From a virus (lineage: Duplodnaviria > Caudoviricetes), in IMG/VR virus record IMGVR_UViG_3300045806_000080, positions 1 to 63,921 of that record: 63,921 nt of DNA; one strand, given 5' to 3'. Each line of letters begins with the position of its first letter. The first letter of the stretch is position 1. A model generated the notes under the pieces. That model ran no database searches and was not told the DNA's origin. It was given only the letters and a program-made list of their open reading frames with translations. The position numbers and the translations under genes are program-made. Below are positions 32,701 through 40,517 of the stretch, in pieces.

Positions 32701-33523
32701 TCTTGGCGAGCATGTGCAGCCCGCCGCCCATCACGCCGCCCATCGCGCCGCCGGTCAGCGCGGCCTCGACCATCTGCTGCGCTCGGTTCGCGATCGGCCG
32801 GTTCGGGTCGCCCATCTGCTGCCCAATGAAGTCTTGGCCAGCGGAGGCGACAGCCTGCGTCCCTGCCTGCTTCGAGGCGGCCTTCCACAGCGGCTCGGCG
32901 ACGCCCTTGGCAACCGTACCAAAGAGGCGCTCCGCCGGGAGCGCGCCGACCGCGGCCATGGGGACAGCGAGCCCAGCCGCCTTGGCGGCCTCGCCCTGGG
33001 TGACATCCTTGCCGGTGTACTGCTCCTGCGTCTGGACGTTGCCGCCGAACATCTGTGGGTAGGCGGCGAGCGCGCCACCGATGAGGCCGCCGACAGTCGC
33101 GCCGACCGGAGCCGCCGGGCCTGTGAGCGCCCCACCGATCGCTGCACCGCCCATCGCGCCTCCGAGCACCGGCACCATGCCAGGCATGCCCTTGGCCACC
33201 CGATAGGCGAGCCCGGACGGAGAGAAGGCGCTGGTGGCTTCCCACGCGGGGTTCTCGGCCGCCGTGGCGGCGGCCTGCTGGCCCTGCGCCGCCCGCCCAC
33301 CCCACTGGGTGAGCGCAGTCGACCCAGTCAGCGCGCCGAGGCCCTTGGCCGCACTCGCGACCTGCCCCAACGCCTCGTGGGTTCCCCCTACGAGCGCTGA
33401 GCTGAGGAACCCGCTCTGGCTCGGCGCGACCATCCCGGCTGGGTGCCCTTGAGCGTAAGCCTGGTCGACAGCCTGCCAAAAGTTCGCGTAGCGCGGATCG
33501 CCGACATCAGCCATTGCACCCAC
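26753..33523 (-). CDS. Giant internal virion/ejection protein (PLxRFG-like, zincin motif)
   Basis: 2256 aa; FPMGRNGEF; HEAAH...EFLAEG; hydrophobic Gly-rich N-terminus. Confidence 0.75.
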   Translation of the reverse strand: MGAMADVGDPRYANFWQAVDQAYAQGHPAGMVAPSQSGFLSSALVGGTHEALGQVASAAKGLGALTGSTALTQWGGRAAQGQQAAATAAENPAWEATSAFSPSGLAYRVAKGMPGMVPVLGGAMGGAAIGGALTGPAAPVGATVGGLIGGALAAYPQMFGGNVQTQEQYTGKDVTQGEAAKAAGLAVPMAAVGALPAERLFGTVAKGVAEPLWKAASKQAGTQAVASAGQDFIGQQMGDPNRPIANRAQQMVEAALTGGAMGGVMGGGLHMLAKKPVHTITDDDLTTAVKDALDPAQKPQIAGLLQSPTMPMNAARPYEGLSNEALLDHAQTLQLRDPNHPALMDVAKEMELRRSPPEPGPDPDAALHTAWQDKSGLTNEAERVLPGSEADRLESAWATSPRAVQPMLGLPSPEMLRMPRGEDEPVHEPSVAVVPKRDEAGNLVFDKRDNPLSTRAPIEMSQTVAGEPVEPPKGPLGLPSPTKEAERAQETIERSTDPVNEPLGPPRVMSGEVPKMPDRSAPLPQTIAKTAMDANGGKIPSILRGSAKLTPEGAEAVIRADWADKTPNERLKDRLMPVARLLDMVDEAGNLNAPRGAPSIREAVPEQHQARFDKLEDIKAKVPEADRKDVEDAQVALANGGRGTVSMVDATIAEFQRTVAEGVARAKRAAARGEAAAAAQPAAPVEAPAAEKPGQAQPAPAAPVAQEPAPSPTATAKVDELIKQFRGVAENPSGKKAEAPTPIAPEHIEGLRGLIDRQGTVSLADLAKAMPGINRAGLDDVVSRLRFAGVLTPREGGAFDVLRPLSPEGKPAAPVAAEETSAKITTPKGANAVERFKQLVAEVMGGKEPAAPYQSVRDAIARVRASGKIMENVEPSWTPNHPKHDTVVTRDWKAAMAIQKERLDKIEQALNENPEQLRYLSDDHFYGPLWDKLYSETKNNDYPDGVLQWNAMKAAESHAELEQRVIDAIRRELPPNENDWFLRGASSDAQRNQMDVDLTGIVRASGQTKPALEHIAQSGSDPLVRAVARLLSNSGVDPSISFRDPARIARTQGRWPPSSLTAGARGMYTARTDGINLFGASGLEHAVVHEAAHAGSVRALGEDNPASRAFKSLFDAVKKRSPNDDAYGLTEPKEFLAEGMSNAQFQEWMRGQKEAGKTLWQRFKDGVANLLGFGGSKRTLLDQFMERGSAVLAEDQHYDRALAHTPAGSDAALKPAFLKLDEMRDRVSEMPVEHLTNFMPHLRSTVLGWVNSQTIAKWYGKYAPSFLTHTENLEWRDLMKEVNTKASSASIDRAAALPEASQEKFNKLVTGLHTGVNGMLDWSAHKDLFDAPNAAELGKSHMRLAQIWKSMSGEERGAFQGLVTAQRAHMEQLFATQLYNFIKSDYAKDIPLPPGLDPSEQFRLNPTLHDDPAANLAYWKSAGDQLAKLAGNHIDTVKGALAKLKGVKAGATGPDAGVITKRGESLADSISPLSSLLSDRVTRLAELDRLPNFPMGRNGEFFSAAKLKLSDDGLPSAKAVDKLQRMLNAGGFGHLTIDRNLENPTVYARVETPGQMERLNKIFQAAHDQGVFEPKSLSSGSIASLKAGITPQWQERAMQIMRSNLERFSGVDDASKALIEQRIAEAKREFLDLLPPSSLNRIMARREGVQGFSKEMLQNVRQRMSATSGALANIAAMPRLADSVVKMREDVKAANEANAPERIGMHQAAQELIRREAQRAVATPGAPMQAIREMGNAMEVGASPAYTVALLSQVGTLTLPRLGAAGGYMKAARAMAGVTKRTFDVMRAVAGGTDGLRFGMRESDLLKAGISKRDTEFLMRMDAMGAFNHGSFTEAMRAERGDPDSALGKARGWASAMGRYSEMMPRVLTALAARDMWSANQKLQAHESVHDFAHRMVEDSQLNWNPTFNARQMTRGGVFGPMSPLINQFMGYSTRLTEMLYREAANSIGREGPAAQAEARKFLLGHLAVTGAIAGSLGMPMAQVFSAVWDRLADWATNRDDHDITASYRGYLAHIFGKDVGEIIARGVPRAFGVDLSHLGDQRIAPGSTALTYLFEKRKLEDAQRDWLKAEAGHSFGLVGNFAFAARDIANGDYLNGAQKLVPELLRGPIEATRLGLYGYRDKSGMAQAVHPGMPAGAATTGDIVKTAVGLDPGDEAEFDEKKRTITGINTLAQVRSQNITQHMSLALTRGDSENFRYWIEQATKYQQDHPGMPGPLQGLGGYMSEHYRRAGYASAVGMPIGLSPKNIAGRGMLDY

Positions 33524-34339
33524 TCACTGAGCCTTGTTCATCCCCGCGAAGGGGACGTAATTGCCTCCGAGCCCGAAGGCCCGCAGCAGTTCGGTCACCA
33601 AGTCGCGCCCACCGGAGTGGGCCGCGGCGTCTACCGACAACGACCTGGCCTGGTCCTCCATGGAGGGCGGCCTGGCGACCTGAAGCGCCTCGATCAGCAT
33701 CTGCGCCGGCACGCCGCGGAAGGCGTTGACGAACTGATCGCGCGGCATCGCGCCAGCGGCGGCGGTGAGCATGTTGCCGCCGCTCGGGGCGGCAGGTGCC
33801 TGGCCGCCGGGCGCAGGACCCACGTACCCGACTGGGCCTGGCGTGATCGAAACGCCGTCGCCATTGTAGCCTGGGAAGTTCCCGCGGGCGTCGGGACGGC
33901 CACCGAGCGCGTTGGGGTACTGGACCTGGTAGCCTGGGGTCGGCGTATGCGGGGGTGTGGGTGTGGGTGCTGGCGGCGGAGCCTTCGACGCCCCCTCCGC
34001 GTGGCCTGTCAGGTACGCCATCGCGGTGGCTGCGGCGTGCTTCAGCCCATCAGTCGCAGCCTGCTGCTGCGGCGTGTTCATGTACGCGGAGACCCCAGCG
34101 CCGACCAGACGCCCAGTCTCCGCGGCTGCGCGCCCGAGCGAAGCAGGGAAGACGTTTTGCGGCTGAGGCCAGCCAACTTCGACGAGATTGCCCTGCGGCA
34201 GGTACTGGCCGATCGCGCCGCGGTCAACCATCCCGCCCGTATTCGCGTTGGTCTGGGTCGCGCCCGAAGAAACAACCGGATGCGCCGGGAGCGCCTGATC
34301 CCGGCCCTGCGGCGGCTGGGTGACGTCGAACACAGGCAT
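33524..34339 (-). CDS. Putative internal virion protein
   Basis: Pro/Gly/Ala-rich; coupled to the giant gene. Confidence 0.55.
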   Translation of the reverse strand: MPVFDVTQPPQGRDQALPAHPVVSSGATQTNANTGGMVDRGAIGQYLPQGNLVEVGWPQPQNVFPASLGRAAAETGRLVGAGVSAYMNTPQQQAATDGLKHAAATAMAYLTGHAEGASKAPPPAPTPTPPHTPTPGYQVQYPNALGGRPDARGNFPGYNGDGVSITPGPVGYVGPAPGGQAPAAPSGGNMLTAAAGAMPRDQFVNAFRGVPAQMLIEALQVARPPSMEDQARSLSVDAAAHSGGRDLVTELLRAFGLGGNYVPFAGMNKAQ

Positions 34340-34340
34340 C

Positions 34341-35114
34341 TCAGCTCTCCCAGGACCAGCCCGATCTCCCGAAGCCCCACTGCTGCGGCGTGAACAGCTT
34401 GCGCATCACGTCCTTGCGGGCGTCAGTACAGTGCTGCTCGAAGCTCGCCTTGAACTCCATCGCCCGCTGTGGTGCGCCTGCTCCCGCCACGTCAGTGTCA
34501 ACGCCTCGCAGCGCAAGATACGCCGCCCAATCCAGCATGTCGAGGTGGTGATCCTCGGGAACCTCTGGAACCGCGCCGAGATTTGAGGTTTCGAGCCGCA
34601 CGAGCGGCAAGCGGATGACGCGAAGCTGCCCCGTGACGCCGTCGTATGGGGCGGCGATTACAGGGTAGAGCGTCAAGTTGATCGACTGGAACGACCCCGT
34701 CTCGTCCGCGAGGACGCTCTCGTCAGTGCTCCATGCGCGGGCCTTGCCCGGAGGCAGGCTATCCAGGATCGCGGCGTCGAAGAACAGTGGATCAGGGGTG
34801 TGGTAGGCGTTCAGCGCGTCATGGCCGGCGCGCGGTAGGTCCTGGTGGTCGCCCGCCATCCTGACCGACAGGACGGCGCGGATCGCCGGATCGAGCCGAT
34901 AGGAGGCCGTGCCAGCCTCGGTCTCGATGTGCGTGACGTCGGAGGTGTTGTCGCGGATTACGAGCGCGCGGCGCGCGAGCCTGCGCTGCGCCTGGTCAAT
35001 ATAGCGAACGAGCGTCTCGTCGCTCCATAGGTAGTCCGAGGCCCCGGAGACCTGGTCGCTCTTGTCGCGCAGCAGGTTGCCGCGCAGTTCGTCAAGCAGG
35101 TCGCCGAGGGTCAT
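34341..35114 (-). CDS. Head-tail adaptor / tail tubular A-like protein
   Basis: MTL..L....R..L.D...YLWSD..L..Y...PE.PE.HH..L.DWA.Y.A. Confidence 0.7.
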   Translation of the reverse strand: MTLGDLLDELRGNLLRDKSDQVSGASDYLWSDETLVRYIDQAQRRLARRALVIRDNTSDVTHIETEAGTASYRLDPAIRAVLSVRMAGDHQDLPRAGHDALNAYHTPDPLFFDAAILDSLPPGKARAWSTDESVLADETGSFQSINLTLYPVIAAPYDGVTGQLRVIRLPLVRLETSNLGAVPEVPEDHHLDMLDWAAYLALRGVDTDVAGAGAPQRAMEFKASFEQHCTDARKDVMRKLFTPQQWGFGRSGWSWES

Positions 35115-35129
35115 CTGAGTATCTCCCCG

Positions 35130-35504
35130 TTACGCGGCGCGGTCGGCCACCCGGTAAGGATACCGCAGCTTCTTGCGGTAGCCGATGACCTGCATGTTGT
35201 CCGGGCTCACGACGGGCACGTCCATGACGGCGTTGTCGAGGATGTCGAGGATGCCGCGCGGTACGCTGACTGCGACGCCCGGCCGCAGGAGGAAGCCCGC
35301 GCCGTTGACACCGAAGAATTGCCCACCCGGCGGGATGTTGTCGTTCTCCTCCAGGAGGATGCGGACCCGATCCGGCTTGGCGTCGACCGCCCCCGGCTCG
35401 ACTGTCTTCTTGTTGGCCTCGTTCTCGGCCTTCACCTGTCTCCAGTTGCGCCGGGTTTTCGGCGTCACGGTCGCTTCAGCGGCCGGGGTTTCTTCCTCGT
35501 GCAT
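35130..35504 (-). CDS. Virion/head completion protein
   Basis: F.GVNG..F....G..V.VP....IL.NA motif; after capsid genes. Confidence 0.65.
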   Translation of the reverse strand: MHEEETPAAEATVTPKTRRNWRQVKAENEANKKTVEPGAVDAKPDRVRILLEENDNIPPGGQFFGVNGAGFLLRPGVAVSVPRGILDILDNAVMDVPVVSPDNMQVIGYRKKLRYPYRVADRAA

Positions 35505-35518
35505 GGTGTCGGTCTCCA

Positions 35519-35546
35519 CAAAAAAGCGGGGGCACGAAGGCCCCCG
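35519..35546 (-). terminator. Intrinsic terminator after capsid genes
   Basis: - strand CGGGGGC-cttcgt-GCCCCCG-cTTTTTT. Confidence 0.8.
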
Positions 35547-35586
35547 AGTTGACCGGCCGCGGGGACAGGGCGCGACCGGAATGGGG

Positions 35587-36063
35587 TTAGCCTTCGATGC
35601 GGAAGGACAGGACCTTGGCGTTGACCGCGAGGGCCGCCGCGAAGCTGACCGAGGCGTTGCTGCCGGGGGTGCCGTCGGAGGTCGTCACGACGATCAGCGA
35701 GTTGGCGTCCTCCAGCTCGTCCGCCGGGACGGTGCCGCCGCCTGCGCCGACGACCGTCGCCGCGTTGGTGATGGTCTTGATGGTCTTCGTCGCCGGAGCG
35801 CCGTAAGCCCATTCGACCTTGATGCCGTCCGTCCAGTTCCAGACCTCGATCTTCGTCGGGTTGAAGCCGATCGGGATCGTGATGTCGTTGCCGAGCGCGG
35901 TGAAGGTCCCGTTGATCTCGTCGTCTTCGAGATCGGCCATGATGCTCGCGGCGAGCATGTTCGTCGTGGTCGTGACGCCGATCGCGCGCAGCGCGCCGGG
36001 GACCGTGTACGTCGCCGGGAAGGCCGAGCCGTGGAAGGCGACGTCGATGTAGTTGGTGGTCAT
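35587..36063 (-). CDS. Capsid decoration/minor head protein
   Basis: Directly after MCP; strong RBS; IGFNP.KI.V.N.TD. Confidence 0.65.
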   Translation of the reverse strand: MTTNYIDVAFHGSAFPATYTVPGALRAIGVTTTTNMLAASIMADLEDDEINGTFTALGNDITIPIGFNPTKIEVWNWTDGIKVEWAYGAPATKTIKTITNAATVVGAGGGTVPADELEDANSLIVVTTSDGTPGSNASVSFAAALAVNAKVLSFRIEG

Positions 36064-36132
36064 GGTGCCCTCCTGGGGCGAAGATCAGAGGTGGGAGAGG
36101 GGGCCTAAACCCCCTCCGGCGCCTGTTGTTCG

Positions 36133-37182
36133 TTACGCGGTGCAGCCCACTTCGAGACGGCCCATGAAGGCGTCCTGGAGGATCACCGTCGCGGTCCAGA
36201 GCTTCCAGCCGACCGTCCCGCGCTGGCCGAGCGGGTCGCCCGGAGCCGGCTTGGGGTTCACGACCATCGGCGTCATCGCGGACTTGCCCTTGAGGGGCAC
36301 GATGCCGAAGGCGTCGCGGCCGAAGTAGAGCACCGGGTAGACGTCCACATTCGTGCTGGTCGAGCGCAGGCCAGTCGACCCGACCGAGCCGCCGGCTCCG
36401 GTCCAGGGCAGCAGGATCGTCGAGGTCAGGTAGCGCACCTGCTCGACCGAACCGACTTCGCCCTCGAACGGCGAGGTGTGCGGGCCGTATTTCGCGACGG
36501 GAACGAAGCCGGTCATGTCGCGGATGTCGGTCTCCAGGTCCGGGTGGCAGACCGCCATGTAGGCCGCTTCGACCGACGTCGTGTTGAAGTCGGGGTTCGA
36601 GGAGACCACCGAGGTGATCTTCTTGGCGTTCTGGCGGTTGAGGCCGGTCGTCACATGGCGCTGGTCGCCCTGCACGATCTTGGTGACGATGCTGTCGCGG
36701 CCGGCGACGCTGCCGGCGTACCAGACGTTGGTGCCCGCCTTGAGGACGTTGAACCGCAGCGTCTCGACCGTCTGGGCCGCCTGCTCGCCGAGGATGTCGG
36801 TCGCCTGCGCCAGGATCGGGTCGGTGTGGGTGTCCATGACGACGTCGGTGATCGTGATGTAGTCGCCGTACTGGGCCAACGTGACCGTGTAGTCGGTGTT
36901 GGCGAGCGTCGAGCCCGAGGGGGTCACGCCTTCGATCAGCGGCGTGGTGGCCAGCGGCATGCTGAAGCCATCCGAGCCGATCGCGTCGGGTCCGGCCGCG
37001 CCAGCCGAGCCCTTCATGTAGTAGCGGCGGAACTTGGCGGTCTGCGTCGAGTTCGTCGGCAGCGGGTAGGTCTGGCCGAAGCGTTCGAGCTGGAGCAGCG
37101 GCAGCGCGCGCTTCAGCATGCGGACCACCGCGTAGGCGGCGATTGCCGGCGAGATGTCGCCGTAGCCGGTGATGACAGTCAT
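36133..37182 (-). CDS. Major capsid protein, N4-gp56 family
   Basis: YGDISP...LP.NST.T.KFRRY...L.EGVTP...DPLGQRG.VGWK. Confidence 0.92.
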   Translation of the reverse strand: MTVITGYGDISPAIAAYAVVRMLKRALPLLQLERFGQTYPLPTNSTQTAKFRRYYMKGSAGAAGPDAIGSDGFSMPLATTPLIEGVTPSGSTLANTDYTVTLAQYGDYITITDVVMDTHTDPILAQATDILGEQAAQTVETLRFNVLKAGTNVWYAGSVAGRDSIVTKIVQGDQRHVTTGLNRQNAKKITSVVSSNPDFNTTSVEAAYMAVCHPDLETDIRDMTGFVPVAKYGPHTSPFEGEVGSVEQVRYLTSTILLPWTGAGGSVGSTGLRSTSTNVDVYPVLYFGRDAFGIVPLKGKSAMTPMVVNPKPAPGDPLGQRGTVGWKLWTATVILQDAFMGRLEVGCTA

Positions 37183-37224
37183 GATCGTGCTCCCAGGCAC
37201 ATCCGCGCTCTGGGAGCGCGGGGG

Positions 37225-38118
37225 TTAAGCCTTGGCGAAGGCCGCGAACGCGGTGTCGAAGTCGATGAGTTCGCTGGGGACGTTCGCCGTCCGTTTGGAG
37301 CTGACTGGTGCCAGGGCTTCTGCCGCCTGCTTGGCAGCCTGGGATAGTCCGGTCTCCACCTTCGCTGGGACATCGGTCGCCGGTTTCGGCTGTGCCGTTC
37401 CGGTCGCTTGTCTCCAGCGTCCGACGAGGTCACTGATCTCGCCGACGTCTCCACCCTCGATAACACTGTTGTAGGCGGTGCGCAAGTATCCGGGGATGTT
37501 GCGGTCCTCGCGAGCCCACTTGACTACAGGGTCACGCACCGTGTCGTAGTCCGGGATCGCCGCCTTCAGCGCCATGTAGTGATGGTCGGTCTGCACCGTC
37601 TGGAGGTTCTGGAGCTGCGGGCCGATCGCTTTCGCGACCTCCTGGAACACGAAGGCGTTGTTCTGCGCCGAGGTGCCGCGCGCCATGAGCGCGAACGCGT
37701 CGAAGATGTCCGGCCAGTCCTCGCGGAACTTCGCTATGCGGCCCTCCTCGTCGTCAGTGTACAACGGCGGAGCCTGCACCGGCTGTGGCTGCGGCTGCTG
37801 GACGACCGGCTGGCGCTTGTCGAGAATGTCGGCCAGCCGCGTCAGCAGGTCAGTGTCCCCGGCCACAGGTGCCGATGGGGTCTCTACGGGCGCGACGACC
37901 GGCGTCTCGACCGGAGGCGTGACCCCATCGGCACCTGTGGCCGGCACTTCGCCCTTGGGCACATCCGTGGCCGGTGGGTCGGTGACGACGGGGGTCTCTA
38001 CTGGCGGCGTGACCGCCACAACTGGATCGACCACCGGCTGACCAAAGCTGACCGGAGGCTTCTCGTCGGGTTTGAGCCGTGCGAGCTGGTCGAAATACTG
38101 TTCAAACTCGTCAGCCAT
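37225..38118 (-). CDS. Scaffolding protein
   Basis: Acidic, Pro-rich protein between portal and MCP; ends DFDTAFAAFA. Confidence 0.7.
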   Translation of the reverse strand: MADEFEQYFDQLARLKPDEKPPVSFGQPVVDPVVAVTPPVETPVVTDPPATDVPKGEVPATGADGVTPPVETPVVAPVETPSAPVAGDTDLLTRLADILDKRQPVVQQPQPQPVQAPPLYTDDEEGRIAKFREDWPDIFDAFALMARGTSAQNNAFVFQEVAKAIGPQLQNLQTVQTDHHYMALKAAIPDYDTVRDPVVKWAREDRNIPGYLRTAYNSVIEGGDVGEISDLVGRWRQATGTAQPKPATDVPAKVETGLSQAAKQAAEALAPVSSKRTANVPSELIDFDTAFAAFAKA

Positions 38119-38380
38119 TGCTGGTCTCCTTCGGGATCATGGGCCGCGGCGTGGTCAGCCGCGTGAGCAAGTGGCGAAGCGCGGTGGCCTCGCCTTGTAG
38201 GGGCGCAAATCGGGTGGGATCGGCGGTCAGGAGCGCGTCGCGCGCCTCCTCAAACTCCAGGCGGAGGAGCCTGATCATCGCCGCCACCTCCGGGCTGCTG
38301 TCCTTCAGCCTCTGGAGGCTGTCCGCCAAGGCCGCTATCTCCTGGCGGCGGGAGAGCGGCGGGTTGTTGGGCTGCGCCAT
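38111..38380 (-). CDS. Small portal-adjacent protein
   Basis: Helical, ..LQGEA.AL..L motif. Confidence 0.6.
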   Translation of the reverse strand: MAQPNNPPLSRRQEIAALADSLQRLKDSSPEVAAMIRLLRLEFEEARDALLTADPTRFAPLQGEATALRHLLTRLTTPRPMIPKETSNG

Positions 38381-40475
38381 TGATGTTCAGTCCCCGTTCG
38401 AGAATGTCGAGGAACGCCCCGACCGTCTGCGCATCGGCCGCGGCTGTATTCTTCGAGCCTGCGGAGATGTTCTTGTAGGCGTCGGAGAGCAGCTTCCTGA
38501 GCGTGGCCTGGGCCAGCTCCTTCTGCTGGTTCTCCTGCTCCTCCTGCTCCTGGGTCTGGGCCTGCTGCCGGCGCTGCGCCTCGCTGTCGCTGACCAGAAC
38601 GTCGTCCATGTCGCGCGAGCGGAGCCGGTAGGTGAGCAGCTTTTTGCTGTCGACGTAGACCTTCTCCTCGGGGGTCATGGTCTGCACGAGCTGGTCGGCC
38701 TGCATCCCCTTCACTTCCTTGGCGATGAGGCTCGTCGCGCCGCGGGCGATCACGTTGTAGTCGCCGGCATGCACCTTCTTCGGGTTGAAGACCCGGTTGA
38801 ACTGGACGATCGAGGTGACTACGGACTGGGTGAGACCGTCGAAGGCCCGGACCATGTCCTTGAAAGGCAGAGCCGCGTTGCCGCGCAGCATGGACGCGCC
38901 CGCTGCCGTCCGCATTGGCTCACTCGGGGCCTGCGAGGGGTCGCCCCCGTTCGCCGGCCCGACAAACGTCTCCGTGTCAGCGAATTTGAGCCCAAGGGTG
39001 ATGACCTCCATCAGCTCCTTCATGTGGCTGTCGATCTGGACGTTGCGCACCGCCGGCCACTGGGCGGCCATGTCGGTGCCCTCGCGATACCAAATCTTGT
39101 AGGAGGAGATGCTGGAGAGGTCCTGGTCGGCCCGGAGCAGATCGGTGTTCAACTCGACGTTCGGCCCGCAGGTCACCGAAGCGTTGTCGAGCAGCATGCG
39201 CGTCGCCGCGGCGACCATCATCTGGCTGTCGCGGATCGCGTTGGGCAGCCCGAAGCCGATCGGCGAGGTGTCGTCCTTGTCGTAGAGGAACGGATGCAGC
39301 GTCTTCACGTCGTGGCCGAGCTTCTTCCACGGGTCGAGCGCGCACTTGATGACGTTGCCCGCCACGAACCAGATTTCGGCGTCCAGCTCGTCGGTGATCT
39401 TGTCCTCGGGCACGTCGCCGCCGCAGTCGGCGAGGCTCTGCCCATCGAGCTTGCCGTACCATGCGAGCACCTCGTATTTCTGGCTGTCGGCCTTCATGTC
39501 GTTGACATTGGCCTTCACGCCCATGACGCGCAGCTCTTGCTCGTACTCCAGTGGCTTATAGTTGCCGACCGGGTACATCCGCAGGTAGGTCTTGATCACG
39601 TCGCTCATGAAGTCGGAGCGCTTGGCCAGCGCGACGAGTTGCGACTTGGACATCACCTTGCGGAGGAAATAGCCGTCCATCGACGCGAAGGTCTTGGCCG
39701 CCAGGTCGGGGAAGAAGTCCCACACCGGCACGAACTCGAACAGCGGTCGGAAGCAGTCCACCTTGGTCGGTGTCGGGATTTGCTGCCCCGTCTGCGGGTC
39801 CGGCGTCATGTCCCAGATGACCGTCTTCGACTTGCGCGCGAAGGGGCCGCGCAGGAGCCCCAGGCCGTACTGGATGCCCGACTGGAGCACCTCGCGGTTG
39901 AGGGCGATGTAGTCGTAGTCCTGGCCGCCCCCTAGCTCCTGGAGCTGGTCGTCGATCACGACGCTGAGCTTCTCGGCCCGGTCGATCATGAGCTGGTGGA
40001 TCGCGTCCATGGCGTAGTCGAGCGTCATGGGCTTGGGCTGGACACCGGCCGCCTGGTCCTTCGTCTGCGCCGCCTGGACCGCCTCCTTGACGTCGTCCAT
40101 CGTGATGTCGGGGTCCGGCGCGGGCTGAAGCTCCCAGTTCCGCTCGTTGCCGGGGAACATCAGGTTCATCAGGTGCGAGAGCACTGTAATGCACTTCACG
40201 CGGGTGATCCGCGGATACGCCTTCGAGCGGTTCGGGCTCATCAACTGCTCGACCTCGGGATCGTAGATGCCGAGGTACTGGCGCTGATTGCGCAGCCAGC
40301 GCAGCTCGGCGATCCGGCGATCGCTGCGGTACTGATCGAACAGCGACATGAGCCGCACGCCGAGCATGCGGAGCTGCTCCGACTTCACGACCGTGACCGG
40401 CGCGTCGGCGGTCCCGCCCGGAACGGGTACATTCGGCGGCTCGATCTCGGAGGGGACTGTCGCTGGGACTGGCAT
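38250..40475 (-). CDS. Portal protein
   Basis: 741 aa directly after terL; WDFFPD, G.G.P..IRDSQ, RTA.G.SML motifs. Confidence 0.88.
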   Translation of the reverse strand: MPVPATVPSEIEPPNVPVPGGTADAPVTVVKSEQLRMLGVRLMSLFDQYRSDRRIAELRWLRNQRQYLGIYDPEVEQLMSPNRSKAYPRITRVKCITVLSHLMNLMFPGNERNWELQPAPDPDITMDDVKEAVQAAQTKDQAAGVQPKPMTLDYAMDAIHQLMIDRAEKLSVVIDDQLQELGGGQDYDYIALNREVLQSGIQYGLGLLRGPFARKSKTVIWDMTPDPQTGQQIPTPTKVDCFRPLFEFVPVWDFFPDLAAKTFASMDGYFLRKVMSKSQLVALAKRSDFMSDVIKTYLRMYPVGNYKPLEYEQELRVMGVKANVNDMKADSQKYEVLAWYGKLDGQSLADCGGDVPEDKITDELDAEIWFVAGNVIKCALDPWKKLGHDVKTLHPFLYDKDDTSPIGFGLPNAIRDSQMMVAAATRMLLDNASVTCGPNVELNTDLLRADQDLSSISSYKIWYREGTDMAAQWPAVRNVQIDSHMKELMEVITLGLKFADTETFVGPANGGDPSQAPSEPMRTAAGASMLRGNAALPFKDMVRAFDGLTQSVVTSIVQFNRVFNPKKVHAGDYNVIARGATSLIAKEVKGMQADQLVQTMTPEEKVYVDSKKLLTYRLRSRDMDDVLVSDSEAQRRQQAQTQEQEEQENQQKELAQATLRKLLSDAYKNISAGSKNTAAADAQTVGAFLDILERGLNINGAAQQPAALPPPGDSGLGGQPPEAEGQQPGGGGDDQAPPPGV

Positions 40476-40481
40476 TGCACT

Positions 40482-40510
40482 GACATACAGCCACGTCAGT
40501 ACACTGACAA
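40482..40510 (-). promoter_or_regulatory. Predicted portal promoter TTGTCA-N17-TATGTC
   Basis: Motif copies at 40476-40485 and 40500-40509. Confidence 0.6.
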
Positions 40511-40517
40511 GATGGGG

